This document shows positions 41,160 to 54,924 of a DNA stretch of 64,000 nucleotides, one piece after another. This DNA comes from Nageia nagi (taxonomy: Eukaryota; Plantae; Pinophyta): NCBI GenBank assembly GCA_050084985.1, contig JBITNC010000001.1, forward strand, positions 202,554,001-202,618,000. The letters are read 5' to 3'. Position 1 is the first letter of the stretch, and each line of letters opens with the position of its first letter. Under the pieces are notes generated by a model. The model did not search any database. It was not told the origin of the DNA and saw only the letters and a program-made list of their open reading frames with translations. The position numbers were made by a program, and so were the translations under genes.

Positions 41160-41810
41160 AATCATTCACACAATTTCTTGGCTATATGCATTGTCTCTTA
41201 CCATTATCACATTTAATATCTTGATTTCATCCCATAGTTGATTATGTTCCTCATGCAATGCTCTCACTTCTTAAAATATCAATATTATATATCGTTTACT
41301 TTGCCTCTAATATTACCTTTTAGTGATAAATGTATCCTTTCCACCTTTAGCATATAAATTTGGTGTAAAATATCTTACCCTTCCAAGTTACATGGTGCCT
41401 TAAATATCTCTTCAACATTCACTTATGGCCTTGAATATATGATTTCACAATCATTTGGATGAATGTTGTTTTTGTTCCTCCTAGATGAAGAGATGTTAAG
41501 CATTTCCCTAATATTTCCAAAGAAACTTATCTTATTATTATTCTCCTCCATTAAATCCCAACACTTATAGATCTTATGCTTCACTCTTTTGAAACAATCC
41601 TTCATAACTTTATGATACTATCAAATTATACAAAAAAAAATGTGAAAATCATGGAGGAACATCCTGATTCAAATTATAATAATTCAAATTATAACCTTGG
41701 TTATGTAATTAAATAAAATATTATCATTATCTACTTGAGTATTGAAACAAAAAAAAATCCATCCAATAAAGATTATAACTCTTCGTGCATATCATTGTCG
41801 ACCCATTGGT
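41160..41810 (-). repeat. Dispersed repeat copy 1 (decayed coiled-coil ORF, probably TE-derived)
   Basis: Collinear with 53800-54335 (CATCCCATAGTTGAT..CATGCAA, CATGGTGCCTT.AATATCTC, CCCAACACTTA, CAAATTATACAAAAA). Confidence 0.7.
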
Positions 41811-42629
41811 AGGGAATTTGCTATTGGCTTGACAAAAAGGAATCTAGTTATTGGCATGTTTATTGGGAAGGCCTAACAACTAACTTAAATGATGATTTCA
41901 TTTATAAATTATTTTTTGAAATCTTAATGGATTTATTTTTATTTCCAAAACATTAGCTATCATATTGTAGTGAATTTGTTTTTTCTAGGTGGACTTGTTT
42001 TTTTGTTATTTTGATGTTGGTTTCCATGTCATTGGGTGTTTATTTTATTGGTTCATGTGTTGCATCTATCATTCCTCTTGGATGCTCCTTTGATATTTTT
42101 AAAAATTAAATTTGATTATTTTATATTTTTAATAATGATTGGATCTTTCTTATTTTATCATTTATAATGATTATTTTCATCATAATAGTAATTAAATAAT
42201 TTTGAATTATGATTAATAATTGAGAATACTTAATTTTATAGAAATAGATTATTGATATTAGTATATTTTTTTCTTTTAATTGTAAAGAAAACTATTCTAG
42301 GAATCCCTTCATGTCCACCAACTCCATCCACCTAGCAACTATGAATAGAAATATTAATAGTAGCCAAATTGTATCCCTGTTATGGCATATACAAGCAACT
42401 AAAGAGGTTCAAACTTGAGACCTTACATAGACCAATAAAAGCATTTGAATAATGTGTTGTCCCCCTGGGAACTTATTACTATTAGTATATTAATATTCTA
42501 TTTGGAATGTATTTAATGAATTCATTAATACCTTAAATGTATTTTAGATAGTGTTTATTTCAAAAGTTAAATGATTTCTTAAACATTTAATATTGAGGTT
42601 TATATAGTAAGAACTCACAATAATATTCT

Positions 42630-43271
42630 TGTAATCACCTAAATATGATTTCTATTTAAAATAAATAATATTTTAGGCAATAAGGTCCAATATTGTAAAA
42701 GGTATTGCAAATATCAATAAAGGCATCATAAACAATATAATTGGTATTAATATCAAGAAAAACATAAGCGATTATGTATCATTGAAGATATCAAGAAGAA
42801 TAAGTGTCTAAGATGTTTAACTACAAAATATGATCCAAAGGAAGTTATTCCCTATTAGATGATATCAAATCATATCCTTGTAATATTTGGATAGATCAAC
42901 TCATTATTGATTTATACTCCAAATAACAATGGTATCTCCTGATGTCATCTATTTGAGAATTTGTTATCTATTCTTCATCCTAACACCATATCATTTGATT
43001 TTATCTCTATTCTTATCATATCTCATGGCATATATGGTGTGCAAGAACTACATTCATGGCACAAATGCCATAGTTCCTACATCCATGAGGATTGACACTT
43101 GGAATGTAACTTTATATTGAGTAAGACATATTAGATCTAGTAAAGAAGGTTTTTTGATCTAGTATCAACAACTACTAATACTCCTACAAATACCCTAAAA
43201 TATATAAAGTGATTTTCCTATAGAATAAATAGTGATTTATTTGTATTACAAGTCAATATTTAGAAACTATA
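42630..43271 (+). repeat. 5' LTR
   Basis: TGTAATCACC...AAACTATA; aligns end to end with 50003-50638. Confidence 0.9.
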
Positions 43272-43274
43272 TTT

Positions 43275-43290
43275 TGGTGAACTTGACTGA
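43275..43290 (+). promoter_or_regulatory. Degenerate primer-binding site, probably tRNA-Trp
   Basis: TGGTGAACTTGACTGA versus expected TGGTGAACCCGACGTGA, 3 nt after the 5' LTR. Confidence 0.55.
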
Positions 43291-46200
43291 TAGAGTAATT
43301 TTGTATTCATGGGAGATATCTTGCATACATTTGTGAAAAATTCCATAGCATGAACAATGTTTCTTGTATGATGAAATAACACCAACATTATTCTAATTAT
43401 TAAACTAGATCATGATACTTTCATCAAGATCATATTTTTGGAGTTAGAAATATTTTTCTATGCTAAATTTCCAATTCTAAATAGTGTGTTGCAAGTGTCC
43501 ATAAGTGCAAACCAAGTCCCACCTTAAGACAAATTGGAAAAAAGAGTTTCCAATATTTAATCTCTCCAAAGAGCTTAGAAAAAGCAAGAGGACTATTATG
43601 GTGTCTTGATCACCTCCCCCTTTTAGCAAAAATCCTAAACTTTCCCCAACCACCCAATCTCAAGACCCCTAAGTTTGAGATGTTCAGTGGCCATTAAGAT
43701 CCCAAATAATATCTTATCAAACTTATAGAGTAATGCTAACTAAAACTAGTGTATGAAGAGAAGTTGATGATCAAGTTCTTCCCAAGGAGTCTTAAAGAAT
43801 ATGTCAACCAATGATTCTACAATCTACCTCTTGAATCCATAGATTCATTCAAGTATCTTATCAAAGCATTTAGGGATTAATACAAATACAATATCAAGAA
43901 GTAGTATAAATTCAAAAATCTATGTTCTTTATGCCAAATACCAAATGAGATCATATATAAACATATACTTGACTTCAAAAGGGTATGATGTTTTCATAAA
44001 TGAAGTTACCGAAACAAGAAATATGTGTATTTTTGTTAACTCTATTCTTCTTATTTTTAAATAACATGCTATAGACTATGTTAATATGGGTTTTTGGAGT
44101 ATAAATAAGATAATCTTAGCCAAATAAAAGGTTTTCTTGATCTTGAATCACTCAAGTATTAATCTTAGCCAAATAAAAAGTTTTCAACATAGCTAAGGCA
44201 CGTACTTTGATAATATCTTCCACACAAAGGGAGTCCAGATTCACATTCCATATTGATACATTAATTCTCCTACAATATCTATTCAACAAGGGATTGATAA
44301 ATCCATTGGATAGAAGGGACAATATAACAATATGAATTTTGATAATCAAGATCTCTATTATTCATACCATAAAAGGAGGGGTCATTCCACAAATCAATAT
44401 AAACCATTGGAGGCTATAATATTGAATCTAATTTTGCAAGATACATATAATATTAAACACACTAAAATAAGAGAGAATCCAAGCTACCAAGAAGCCAATA
44501 CTATTTTGGTTAATGAGGATATATGTGCAACTATTCGAAGGGGACATCTAAGAGCAATTTCAAATCATGTTCTAGCTAAACAAGTAAGTCTTCTACCTGA
44601 TCAAAAATTATATAATATGGTAAATCAATTGAAAAATACCTATTAATATTATATTATTTTAACTTATTCAAATTTTTGAGCCACCTAGAGAGATATTGTA
44701 TGATGTATTTAAAAGAAAAAGATCCTTTGTAGCATTTTTGCTACTACATTTTTTGAGAAAATTTGATCCCTTAAATCTTGTAATACCATTAGTTTTTTAT
44801 GATAAAGAGCTACCCATAAAGGATATTATTGATAAGTTCCTAGCTCTTTATATCACACCTAGCATTGAGATATGAAAAATTAAAATCTCTACAGTAGATC
44901 CTAGTTTGAGAATCAATATTTGTTCCTAAAAGTTTTTACAAGATCTAGAATTATCACAATCCCATTCATGGATGAATTCACCCTTCACATAAGAGTATTT
45001 TATAATTTATCCAAAAGATCCCTTGATATTGTTTCACATCCTATTCAACTATGTACAAAAATAGTTCAATCCTTGTTTCATTTCATGAGTGGAAAGCTTA
45101 CATACAATTTTCTTTTGGGAAGACCTTGGATCTATTAGATGATGGTAGTTCCTTCTACATTGCATAATTATCTCAAATTTGAATATAAGGGAGAAATTTA
45201 TATAGTGACAAAAAATATTGAGCCCTATGCATTGTGTAATTTAGTATATCTGGAGCTACAAGGTCTAGATATCTATCTCATCACTTTGTTGGATGCCCCT
45301 TCATAATAATTCTAACTTGCATTAGTAAAATAAGAGGTAAAAGCACAAATTACATAAATTAGGCTTGGTACATACTCCATTCAGAACCTATATCCCATTT
45401 CCTTGATCAAGGATATAGGATGGAAAAAAATTGTACACCATAAACAACATATGCATTATGTGGAAGGGTTCCTATATTTTGCAAATAATGATAAATCAAG
45501 GGCTTCTTATTTTGGATATTCTCTAACACCTAATCTTGATCTTGATGATGAAAAAGTTTAGATGAAAGAAGTAGGTAAGCTTTGTAAATACTCCTTTTAC
45601 TCTTTATTTTCTCAAAAATACATGAAATAAAAATGCAAGCATAACAGAGGGGGTTTAGGATTCAAATCAAGGAATTTTTACTTTTCTATTATATCTAGGT
45701 GCTTATAAAGATTTAAAAAAAGGTATGGGATGCACTCAATCCACTATAAATTATTTAGGTCTAATCAAATTTATTCCATAATGTAATCTAATTGAGCTTT
45801 CAAATAAAATTGATGAGGATTTATGGACTTATATTGATATTCCACTTGAGTTTGACTATTTTTCCACTAATGATGCATTTCTTGAATACATGGGGGTACA
45901 TTCTGAATTACCTATGTCAAACAACAAAAGGAATCCAAACTACATTCCCATCTGACATGGGTCTTTTATCCAAGAAATTAATTTCAAATAAGTAGTTCAA
46001 GTATAATAGATTGATGAGGATGATATTTTTGATGTTCTTATTTTATAAGAACTTTATTCTTTGTTGTAAAAGGAAGGAGAATCATAATTTTCTACAAGAA
46101 GCTTATTGACATTAACATTGGGATGCATGAATAGCCAAGAGAAATCAAAATTGGAGCATACCATTAAAAAAATCAATAAGAAAGGTATATTGAAATATTT

Positions 46201-49200
46201 CAAAGATGTAATATCATTTTTTTTGTCTTATTTTGATATGCCTATTCTATATCCTTCATTTATCATGCATAGTTTGCCTCTCAAGAAAGATGCTAAGCCT
46301 ATGAAATAAAAAATACAAAAATTCATCCTTCCAAAGATTTGTTAGTCAAGATAGAAATAGAAACATATCTAAATGTTGGTTTCATTAAGCCAATTGACTA
46401 CTTAGAATGGATTTCTAATATTGTTCTTGTCACAAAGGCAAATGGAGATGTACTAATTTGCGTTAATTTTAGAGATATTAATAATGCATGTCCTAGATAT
46501 GATTTTCCCTTACCAAATATTGATATGATTGTTGATAGTATTGGTGGTCATGATACATTGTCCTTCATGGATGGGTTTTTCAATTATAAGTAAATTTTGA
46601 TTAATCTTTTTGATCAACAAAAATAAACTTCACTACTCCATGAGGTAATTTTTGTTGAAAAGTAATATCTTTTACTCTCAAAAATATTAGAGCTACTTAC
46701 CAATGTGCCATGGTGTCCATGTTTTATAATTATATTCATAAATATATTGAAGTATATGGTAATGATATTTTGGCAAAATCTAAGTAAGAAAAAGATCATA
46801 TACAAAACTTATAGGAGGTATTTGATATTATTGAAAAGTACATTCCTATATTGAAGCCACAAAAATTTGTTTTTGGAATCACATCAAGAAAACTATTGGA
46901 ATTTGAGGTTTCAAAAAGAGGCATCGAAGTGGATCTAGAGAAAGTGAATGAAATCATTAAAATGACCCCACCTAAAAATCTTAAGCAACTAAGGAGTCTC
47001 CAGTATCAAATCAATTGTGTTAGAATATCTTTCTTAGCTTGATGAAAAATATATACCTTTTACTCACTTCATTAAGAAGCATGTCAAATTTGAATGGGTT
47101 GACAAGTGCCAAGAGGCCTTTGAAAATATTAAGCAATACTCGATGAATCATCCTATCTTAATACCAATGGATTGTTCAAAGGAAGCATATCTTTACATCT
47201 CAACCATATTATATGCCTGGGGGGCAATGTTATGTCAGTAAGATGATGATCACAAAGAAAAAGCCATTTATTATCTCAAAAATACCCTCTTAGAATATGA
47301 AACAAGTACACACATATGGAAAAACTTTTCCTTGGTATTATTTTTACTACTAAAAAATTGAGGCATTATCTTTTGTACTACACTACATATGTTATTTTTC
47401 TTATTAATCCTTTAAAGTACCTCATGGTAAAATAACACATCTCAAGAAGGGCGGTAAAATGGATGATGTTATTGCAAGAAGTTTACATAAATATTGTAAA
47501 GAAAAAAGTTTTTAAATGGTAAAAAATTATAGACTTGATAGTAGAGTTCCCTCATAATGATGAATTCATTATACATGAATAGTTCCTAGATGATTATGCC
47601 CAATAATATCCACCTCAATAGTGCTCACATCATTCTAAAGGGTTCCCACATTGTTTCTCTAATAAATAAGATACCCCTAGAGAATATGTCTATCATATTG
47701 AGGAACAATTAAATGAATGGAAACTATATTTTAATGAATCCAAATGCATGTACGAAGTAGGGGAAGATATTATTCTAGTGTCATCTTCAAATGATGTAAT
47801 TACTATGAAATATAAACTTGGTTTTAATTATATAAATTATACAGTATAATATGAGGCACTAATTTTAGGATTGAAGGTTTTTATGCTACTCAAGATAAAA
47901 AACATTAATTTCTATGGTGATTCTTAGCTTGTCATTAACCAAGTAAATCAGCTTTACAATACAAAAGATGAAAAGTTGCATCCATACAAAGCAATAATTG
48001 ATCAACTCATTACTCACTTTAATTCATACATAATTTAAAATATCCTAAGGGCTAACAGCAAATATGTAGATACCATGGCACGTGTAGCCTCACTGGTTCC
48101 AATAGAAATTGAAGATGAAGAAATAGTTCGAATAATAAAAAAACTAGGTATTTGCTCTTATGTAGATTGTTGTCCTATTGATTATTTTTATGAAAGTTGT
48201 TATTTAGCATCTCAAGTAGGTATTACTCCACCATGGTATGAATATATTTATTGCTATTTTCTAGATAAAATTATCCCATAATATTTTGATTGAAATGAGA
48301 AATTGATTAAAAAATAAAAGCCCTCAAATATGTAGTTGTCGGTAAAGTGTTGTATAGAATATCTTTTAATAGAGCTCTTTTGAGATGCCTCACACATCAT
48401 AAAGTTGAATCATCCCTTCAACAAGCACATGATGGGTTATGTAGAAGAATATTGTAAAATTTTTGCAATAACAACTTTTTGCAATGCTAAAAATAGCCTA
48501 ATTTTTGGTACTATTTTTCATCAATGGAAGAATATTGTAAAGAGCATGTTAAAAAATATTTGCAATGCCAAAAATAGTCTAATCTTGAGAAGATTTTATC
48601 ATAAAAGCTCAATCTAATTATTGCACCATGTTCTTTTATAGTATAGGGCATTGATCTAATTAGCATGATTAGTCCACATTCAAGAGAGGGGCATAAATTT
48701 ATCATTATATCCATTAAATTCAACACCAAATGGGCATAGGTTGTTCCAATGAAGTCTAAAACTCTAGATAAGATCATCAAGTTCCTAACAAAAAATATCA
48801 TCATAAGGTTTGGTGTGCCTCAACAATTGATCATGCATAATGGTACCAATGTTAAAGGTAAAGATATGAAAGCCTTTTGTAAAAAAATTCACAATCAACA
48901 AAATTTCTCTTTTGTTTATTATTCATAAGGAAATGGTTAGGTTGAAGCCTCTAACAAGACCATTAAAATCATTCTCTCCAAAACATGGAATAGATATAAA
49001 AGAGATTGGCATGAGCAATTTCCATATGCAATTTGGGAATACATGACCAATGTTAGAATATCTACAAGAGCAAAACCATTCTCTTTGGTATATGGTGATA
49101 AAGCTTTTGTGCCACTTGACCTAGAGACTACATGGAGATATCCAAGATGAAGAATAAAGAAAAGGCTACAACAATTGGAAGCCTTGAAAAATGAATTCAT

Positions 49201-50002
49201 GCAATAGAACAAAATAAGATACATCATGCAAAAATCAAAAGAGTATATGAGAACAAGGTGAAGCCAAAAATATTTCAAGTTGATGATTTCAAACTAAAAG
49301 AGAATATCAATAAGACAACAATTAATGTTGAGGTAAAAGGAAAATTTAAACCAAATTGGATGGGTCCATATGTTATTGTGGATACTATAGAATCAAGAGC
49401 CTATATAATTTCCATTTTGAATGAAAAAGAGGAGCCACAAACCTTCAATTCCAAACATCTCAAGTGCTTCTATGCCTAGACTTCTAGAAGATATCGCATG
49501 TTTCAAAAATTTCCTATTTGTGAAAATCAGCTTATTGCAAATACACAAGTAGCATTTGAAAACCATATTTCTTGAAGGTGCTACTTGAAAATAAATCACA
49601 AGTAAACTTATGAGATTTACATGGTCCAAGAACTACAACCAAAGAATGAGCACCCTTACCTCCTTCCTTAAAACTAAAGCCAACCCAACAATCACCAAAC
49701 TTCAACTTCAAAGATCTCCTAAAAGTGTCCAAAATCATCAAACTCCTTATGAACATATTAAGGAGTCACCATTATCCATTTTTTTCCAGCATATCATAAC
49801 AAAGATGTCAAATTCTCAAATCTATTTTTTGTCTTAATCATTCCATCCAATGGAGGAAACCAACACAAAAGGGGAAAGGAAGGTGCTTCACCAAAAGGTT
49901 CAAGCTTTAAAAAGTTTACTTTCTTATAAAATATATCTTCTCTACAATTCTTTGTATATGTAATTTCATTTCTTTCCATTATAGCTCCAAATAGGGGCAA
50001 AA

Positions 50003-50638
50003 TGTAGCCACCTAAATATGATTTCTATTTTAAATAAATCATATTTTAGGTAACAAGGATCAATATTGTAAAATTTATTATATATATCAATAAAGGTATC
50101 ATAAATAATGTAATTTATATTAATATCAAGAAAAGCACCACAATATATGTAATCATTGAAGATCTCAAGATGCACAAGTGTCTAATATGTTTAGCTATAA
50201 AAGAAGATCTAGAGAAAGGCATTCCAAAGCAGATGATATCAAATCAGATCCTCACAACATTTGGATAGGTTGACTCATGATTGATCCACTCTCCAAATAA
50301 CAACAATATCTCTTGATGCCATCTATATGAGGATTTGTTATTTATGTTTCATCCTAACATCATATCATTTGGCTTTATCTCTATTCTTATTAGATCTCAC
50401 AACATTGGTGGTATGTGAGGACTATGTTTAGGGCATGCACATCATAGTTCCTACATCAATGAGGCTTCAGACTTAAAAATAATTTTGTCATGAGCAAGAT
50501 ATATCAGATCTAGTGAAGTGTTTGATCCAATATCAATGAATGATAATACTCTTGCAAATACCCTATAATATTTGAAGTGATATTCCTATAGCATAAATAG
50601 TGATTTGTCTAATCGTAAGTTATTATTTAGCGGCTACA
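50003..50638 (+). repeat. 3' LTR
   Basis: TGTAGCC...GGCTACA inverted termini, immediately after the PPT. Confidence 0.9.
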
Positions 50639-52957
50639 CTAATAGAGTCATAGATTTTTATTAAATGTGAATTTATATAATTGTAAATAGGAAAATATAA
50701 TAATAACAAAGGGGAAATACAATTAATGTATTGTATAACATTATTATTATTATCATATCTGATTTTGGGATTTGAATTAATTCTTTTTTTATTTATTATT
50801 TTATTACTTTTTAAAGTAAACAAATGATATTAATTATTATTCTTGTTTATTGAAAGAAATAAATTATACTTAGAATGAAGCTTATGGATGTGTTAAATAA
50901 ATAAGTTGAGCTTCTATTTTTTTCCCTTAGATGTTTCAGATGGTAATAATTTTTAAGGGCAATTTTAAAGAAAAGGGATTTAATCATTGACTTAATAGTA
51001 TTGTTAATATTATTAATGTGTTGGTTTATATATGAACCTTTTGAATGATTATTAATAGTATATTTACCATATTGCTTAGTATGTTCTAAAATGGAAAGTG
51101 TATTTTGTCCCTTAAAAAGTTGTGTAAGCTAATTTATTGCATTATGGTTTGAATTTTATTAAAAAGAAACCATCACCTTTGAAAGGGTGGTTTGTTTGAA
51201 ATTGAGATTATTATTCCTTTAGGTTGTTATTCTATTTTGGTAGTTTAGAATAAAATTATTGATTAATAAATTTTAACTTTAAGAACTCTTTTATTCTTTT
51301 GAAATGCTATGTTAACTTTAAATGATTGCTTAGGTATGGTTGAACCCCTCTATTATTTATTATTGTTAGTAGCATGAACCAAACAAAGTAATCTTTTTAA
51401 GAGTAGATTAGGCTCTTACCCTAAGTATTGCATTTTCTTTTTGAAAAACTTATTGGTTTTATCTATCTTGAGATTATGGCAGATGATGATGTTTAGAAGT
51501 GATTTTTTTCTTATAGTTTTATTAAATTTAAAACCTTCAAAGATCTTCTTTTGACTTGTATATCAAGTCCTCATGAGAGTAGTATGGGACACTATCATTT
51601 TAACTCTTGTTCATCAAGAAGATGATGTGGAGATATTTAAAACAAGACATGGTAGAAAGTTTAAAGGTGAAATCATTTGAAAGAATATTATTAGTTGTAT
51701 TATTTATTTATTTTTATCAAGTTTTTGGTTTAGGTTGGAATAAAGGGATTATGCAAGTTCAATTCTTTGTTGAATGTGTTTCATTGGTTTTAGGTGTGAC
51801 TATATATTTTTACTTTGATTTTTAATTATGTTAGTTTCCAATTATATTTTGAATTTACCAATTTAGTTTTTTCTTCAAATTCTTGTAAGGATTTCTTTAA
51901 ATTTTCTTGATCGTCTTCCATATGTTTTAGTCTAATAGTAATGTCATCAATATTAAATATTTTTCTCAAACTTGTTGGATGATAAGAATAGGTTGCTTGT
52001 AGCAATCTCATTCTAATTCTCATTATCATAATTCGCTTTCTTGTCTTCATTATCAACCTTCAACCTACATTCTCTCTTAGAATATACATAACTCTTAAAA
52101 TGGTAGCATTGGACATTCATAATTAGCTCTCTTGCCTTCATTGGACATAAATGATTACTTTAGTTAATTTTTCTAATATTCAACTAGTTCACAAAAGTTT
52201 TCCTTATTGAATTCTTGAATTTCTTATTGATATCAAGATAAACCCTCTAATAAATTTCAAACAACTAATCTACCTCATCCATCCTAAGGGATCTAATAAA
52301 GCTTGCACACCAATCTCCATCACAACATATATCTTGATCTCTTGAAAATATTTTTTGGTATTTCATATATCTTATCTTCATTATTTAAAATTCTCATATT
52401 TAAATTAAAAAATATGATTATTTATTTTTAATTTAAACTGTTACAATAACAATAACGTTAAAATTATAACTACTCTAATTTGAATTACAAGGATTTATTT
52501 TCAATTATTTTTAAATTTGCTTTTCATTAAATTTTTCAAGTTGTAACAATTAGGTAAAATGATGTTAGCATTTGACATTCAATCCAATAAAGTTGTGAAG
52601 AACTCATTTGTATAAATTAATTATTTTATACTAATTTAGGTCCTTTATAATTGCCACCAAATTTTACCCCCTTTTGTAATTCATTCTTATTTAATAAGTT
52701 AGCCTTTATAAATGAATTTTAAATACACTATCAACAATCAATAAGTTAGCTAAACTTGCATAAACCATGAAATCAAAGATAAAATTGTACTTTAATTAAA
52801 GGATTATATAAAATTAATTTGGCTTGGTTTAAATTTAAAAGTTTGACCAAATTATCAAAAATTGTATGCTAATGATTGAAAACAAAGATACTTAAACAAA
52901 ATTCAATACATTTAATAATATTGCTTTAAGAGACTATTTAAGGTTGCATTATAGGGA

Positions 52958-53074
52958 TTTTATCAAAGGGTACACACCCTTTTTACATCAAATTCACACA
53001 CCTACATAAAGGTTTGAACTTTGGACTTCCTTTTGGAGAGCCAAGGCCCAAACCACTTGCGTGGTTTCCTAGGG
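52958..53074 (-). mobile_element. Probable tRNA-derived SINE
   Basis: Minus strand: A-box-like CGCAAGTGG, B-box-like AGTTCAAACC ~30 nt later, ending GATAAAA; more GC-rich than the flanks. Confidence 0.45.
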
Positions 53075-53799
53075 AAATTTAATAACAATTCTAAATATGT
53101 TTATCTTAATCTCCCTACAATTGATATGTTATTCTTCATAAATGAATGAAGTAAAAATTGTAATAAAATAAATATTAATTTAGATAGATAGATAGAAAAA
53201 TATTAACGTCCTTTTAAACCCATTGGTTTTTAGGACCTATCAAAGTTTGTCCAAAAGTAATATATCAATTAAGGATTTGAATAATTATTTCTCATATAAA
53301 GAAAAGCATTAAACAAAGCACAAATATTCCAAGAAAAATAATAATAGTCATAATGAAAATTGACCATAATCAATCACACCCATCCAATGAAAATAAATCA
53401 TTAAAACAAAATTATAGAACCAAATCAAACAAAATAGATAGATAAGTTTTTTAATGTCCTTTTAAGCCCATTGCTTTGTAGGATCTATCAAATTTTATCA
53501 ATAAATAAATAAATATCAAGTATTTGAATGAAATGAATCATACATTAATTAAATCATTTATAAATCTATTAACATAGGATAATAATCTAGACGTAAATAT
53601 AACTATATTTATACCATTAAAAAATTAGCTTAGTATATCAAGTAATAGAACCATTACTTTCCATAGACATGTGTCACATCTTGTCAAACATTACATAGAA
53701 GCGTGTTGACTCGTGTTGATAGTAATCTCTTTCTTGTCGATATAGTTAGAGATCATTGCATATTCCTATAGTTATATTGTGGAGTATCGATTTCACTTA

Positions 53800-54335
53800 T
53801 CATTCACTCGATATCTTGGCTCTATGCATTGGCTCTTGGTACTATTGCACTTAGTATCTCAACTTCATCCCATAGTTGATCTTGTTCTTCATGCAACACT
53901 CTAATTTCTTCAAACATCACTACTAAATACTCTCTATTTTGCCTCCAATATTTCCCCTCATCGACCAATCTATCCTTCTGTACATGAAAGTTGGTGTAGT
54001 AGTTCTTATCATTTTGAGTTCCATGGTGCCTTCAATATCTCTTATGCATTGGCTTATGACCTTGAGGATACAATTTCACAATCATTGAATAAACGTTGTA
54101 TGTGTTCCTTCCACATAAAAAGAGACTAAACCTTACCCTTACACTCTTGAAGAAACTTAACTTCTTGTTCTTATCCTTCATGAAACCCCAACACTTACAA
54201 TGTTTATTCTTTGCTCTTCTAAAAGAGGCCTCCTCAATAATGTGATATTGCCAAATTATACAAAAAGATATAGATGTTATAGAGGAAAATCTCATTTCAA
54301 ATAGAACTCTTCTTGTATATTGTTATTAACCTAGC
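53800..54335 (-). repeat. Dispersed repeat copy 2
   Basis: Homologous to 41160-41810, same orientation. Confidence 0.7.
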
Positions 54336-54810
54336 AACGAGTACATTTCCAAATGAAAGTGGAGTGAGTGGGAGGGTGCATGACCATAAAGAGAAGGAAT
54401 GGATCCCACAAACTTTGCCCCTTATATAATAATTAAGATTGATATGTATGCTACCCCTTCTCTATAAAAAATTCTCAAGTGAGGCAAGTACTAATGGATT
54501 AGCAAGAACCAATGAAACACTAGTAAAGATCAATATGAAGCTTATTCCATTCAAGGATAAAGTTAAGCCTTCTCTTCTTATAGTGTCGAGATACACTAAT
54601 TCGTAGACCAAAACTCGACTACATAAATGGAGATTGACGACTCAATAACATGCAAAGGAGATGTTGACATGGTAGCATAATCAAAGTGGTGTTGGCTCGA
54701 TGGTGTGGACTTTAAGTGTCAACCTAGTTGAAGTATCTAAATCTATATTCATATGTTGTTGCTCTCTATTTTTAAGTACCTTAGTTTTAAGACAAAAGAT
54801 AAACCATAGC

Positions 54811-54920
54811 ATAGGCACCAACCTTTGTAACTTGGATGTATAGGCACCAACTTTTGTAACTTGAATGTATAGGCACCAACTTTTGTAACTTGAACGTATA
54901 GGCACCAACCTTCATAACCT
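54811..54920. repeat. 29-bp minisatellite, ~3.7 copies
   Basis: ATAGGCACCAAC(C/T)TTTGTAACTTG.A.GT at 54811, 54840, 54869 and 54898. Confidence 0.95.
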
Positions 54921-54924
54921 TTTA

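Larger units (their letters stand above)
42630..50638 (+). mobile_element. Decayed two-LTR Tat/Ogre-lineage Gypsy retrotransposon
   Basis: LTRs at 42630-43271 and 50003-50638, PBS and PPT AGGGGCAAAA. Gag (PPKFEMFSG, YHKRRGHST), protease (YNFLLGRPW), RT (WISNIV..CVNFRDINNACPRYDFPLPNID), RH, additional RNaseH (WKLYFN, YEALILGL, YGDS) and INT ending at 49479. Confidence 0.92.

Noticed and set aside
42370-42475. Second SINE-like segment
   Set aside because: A B-box-like motif is present, but the A box and tail are too decayed to call.
50640-52400. Possible minus-strand LINE ORF1/endonuclease remnant hosting the Tat insertion
   Set aside because: Only coiled-coil-like composition; no diagnostic endonuclease motifs could be read.
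53180-53500. Short direct duplication (~60 bp matched, ~255 bp apart)
   Set aside because: Real but without termini or coding signal; an ordinary local duplication.
54811-54920. 29-bp repeats resembling a CRISPR array
   Set aside because: Head-to-tail with no spacers, eukaryotic context and no cas genes.
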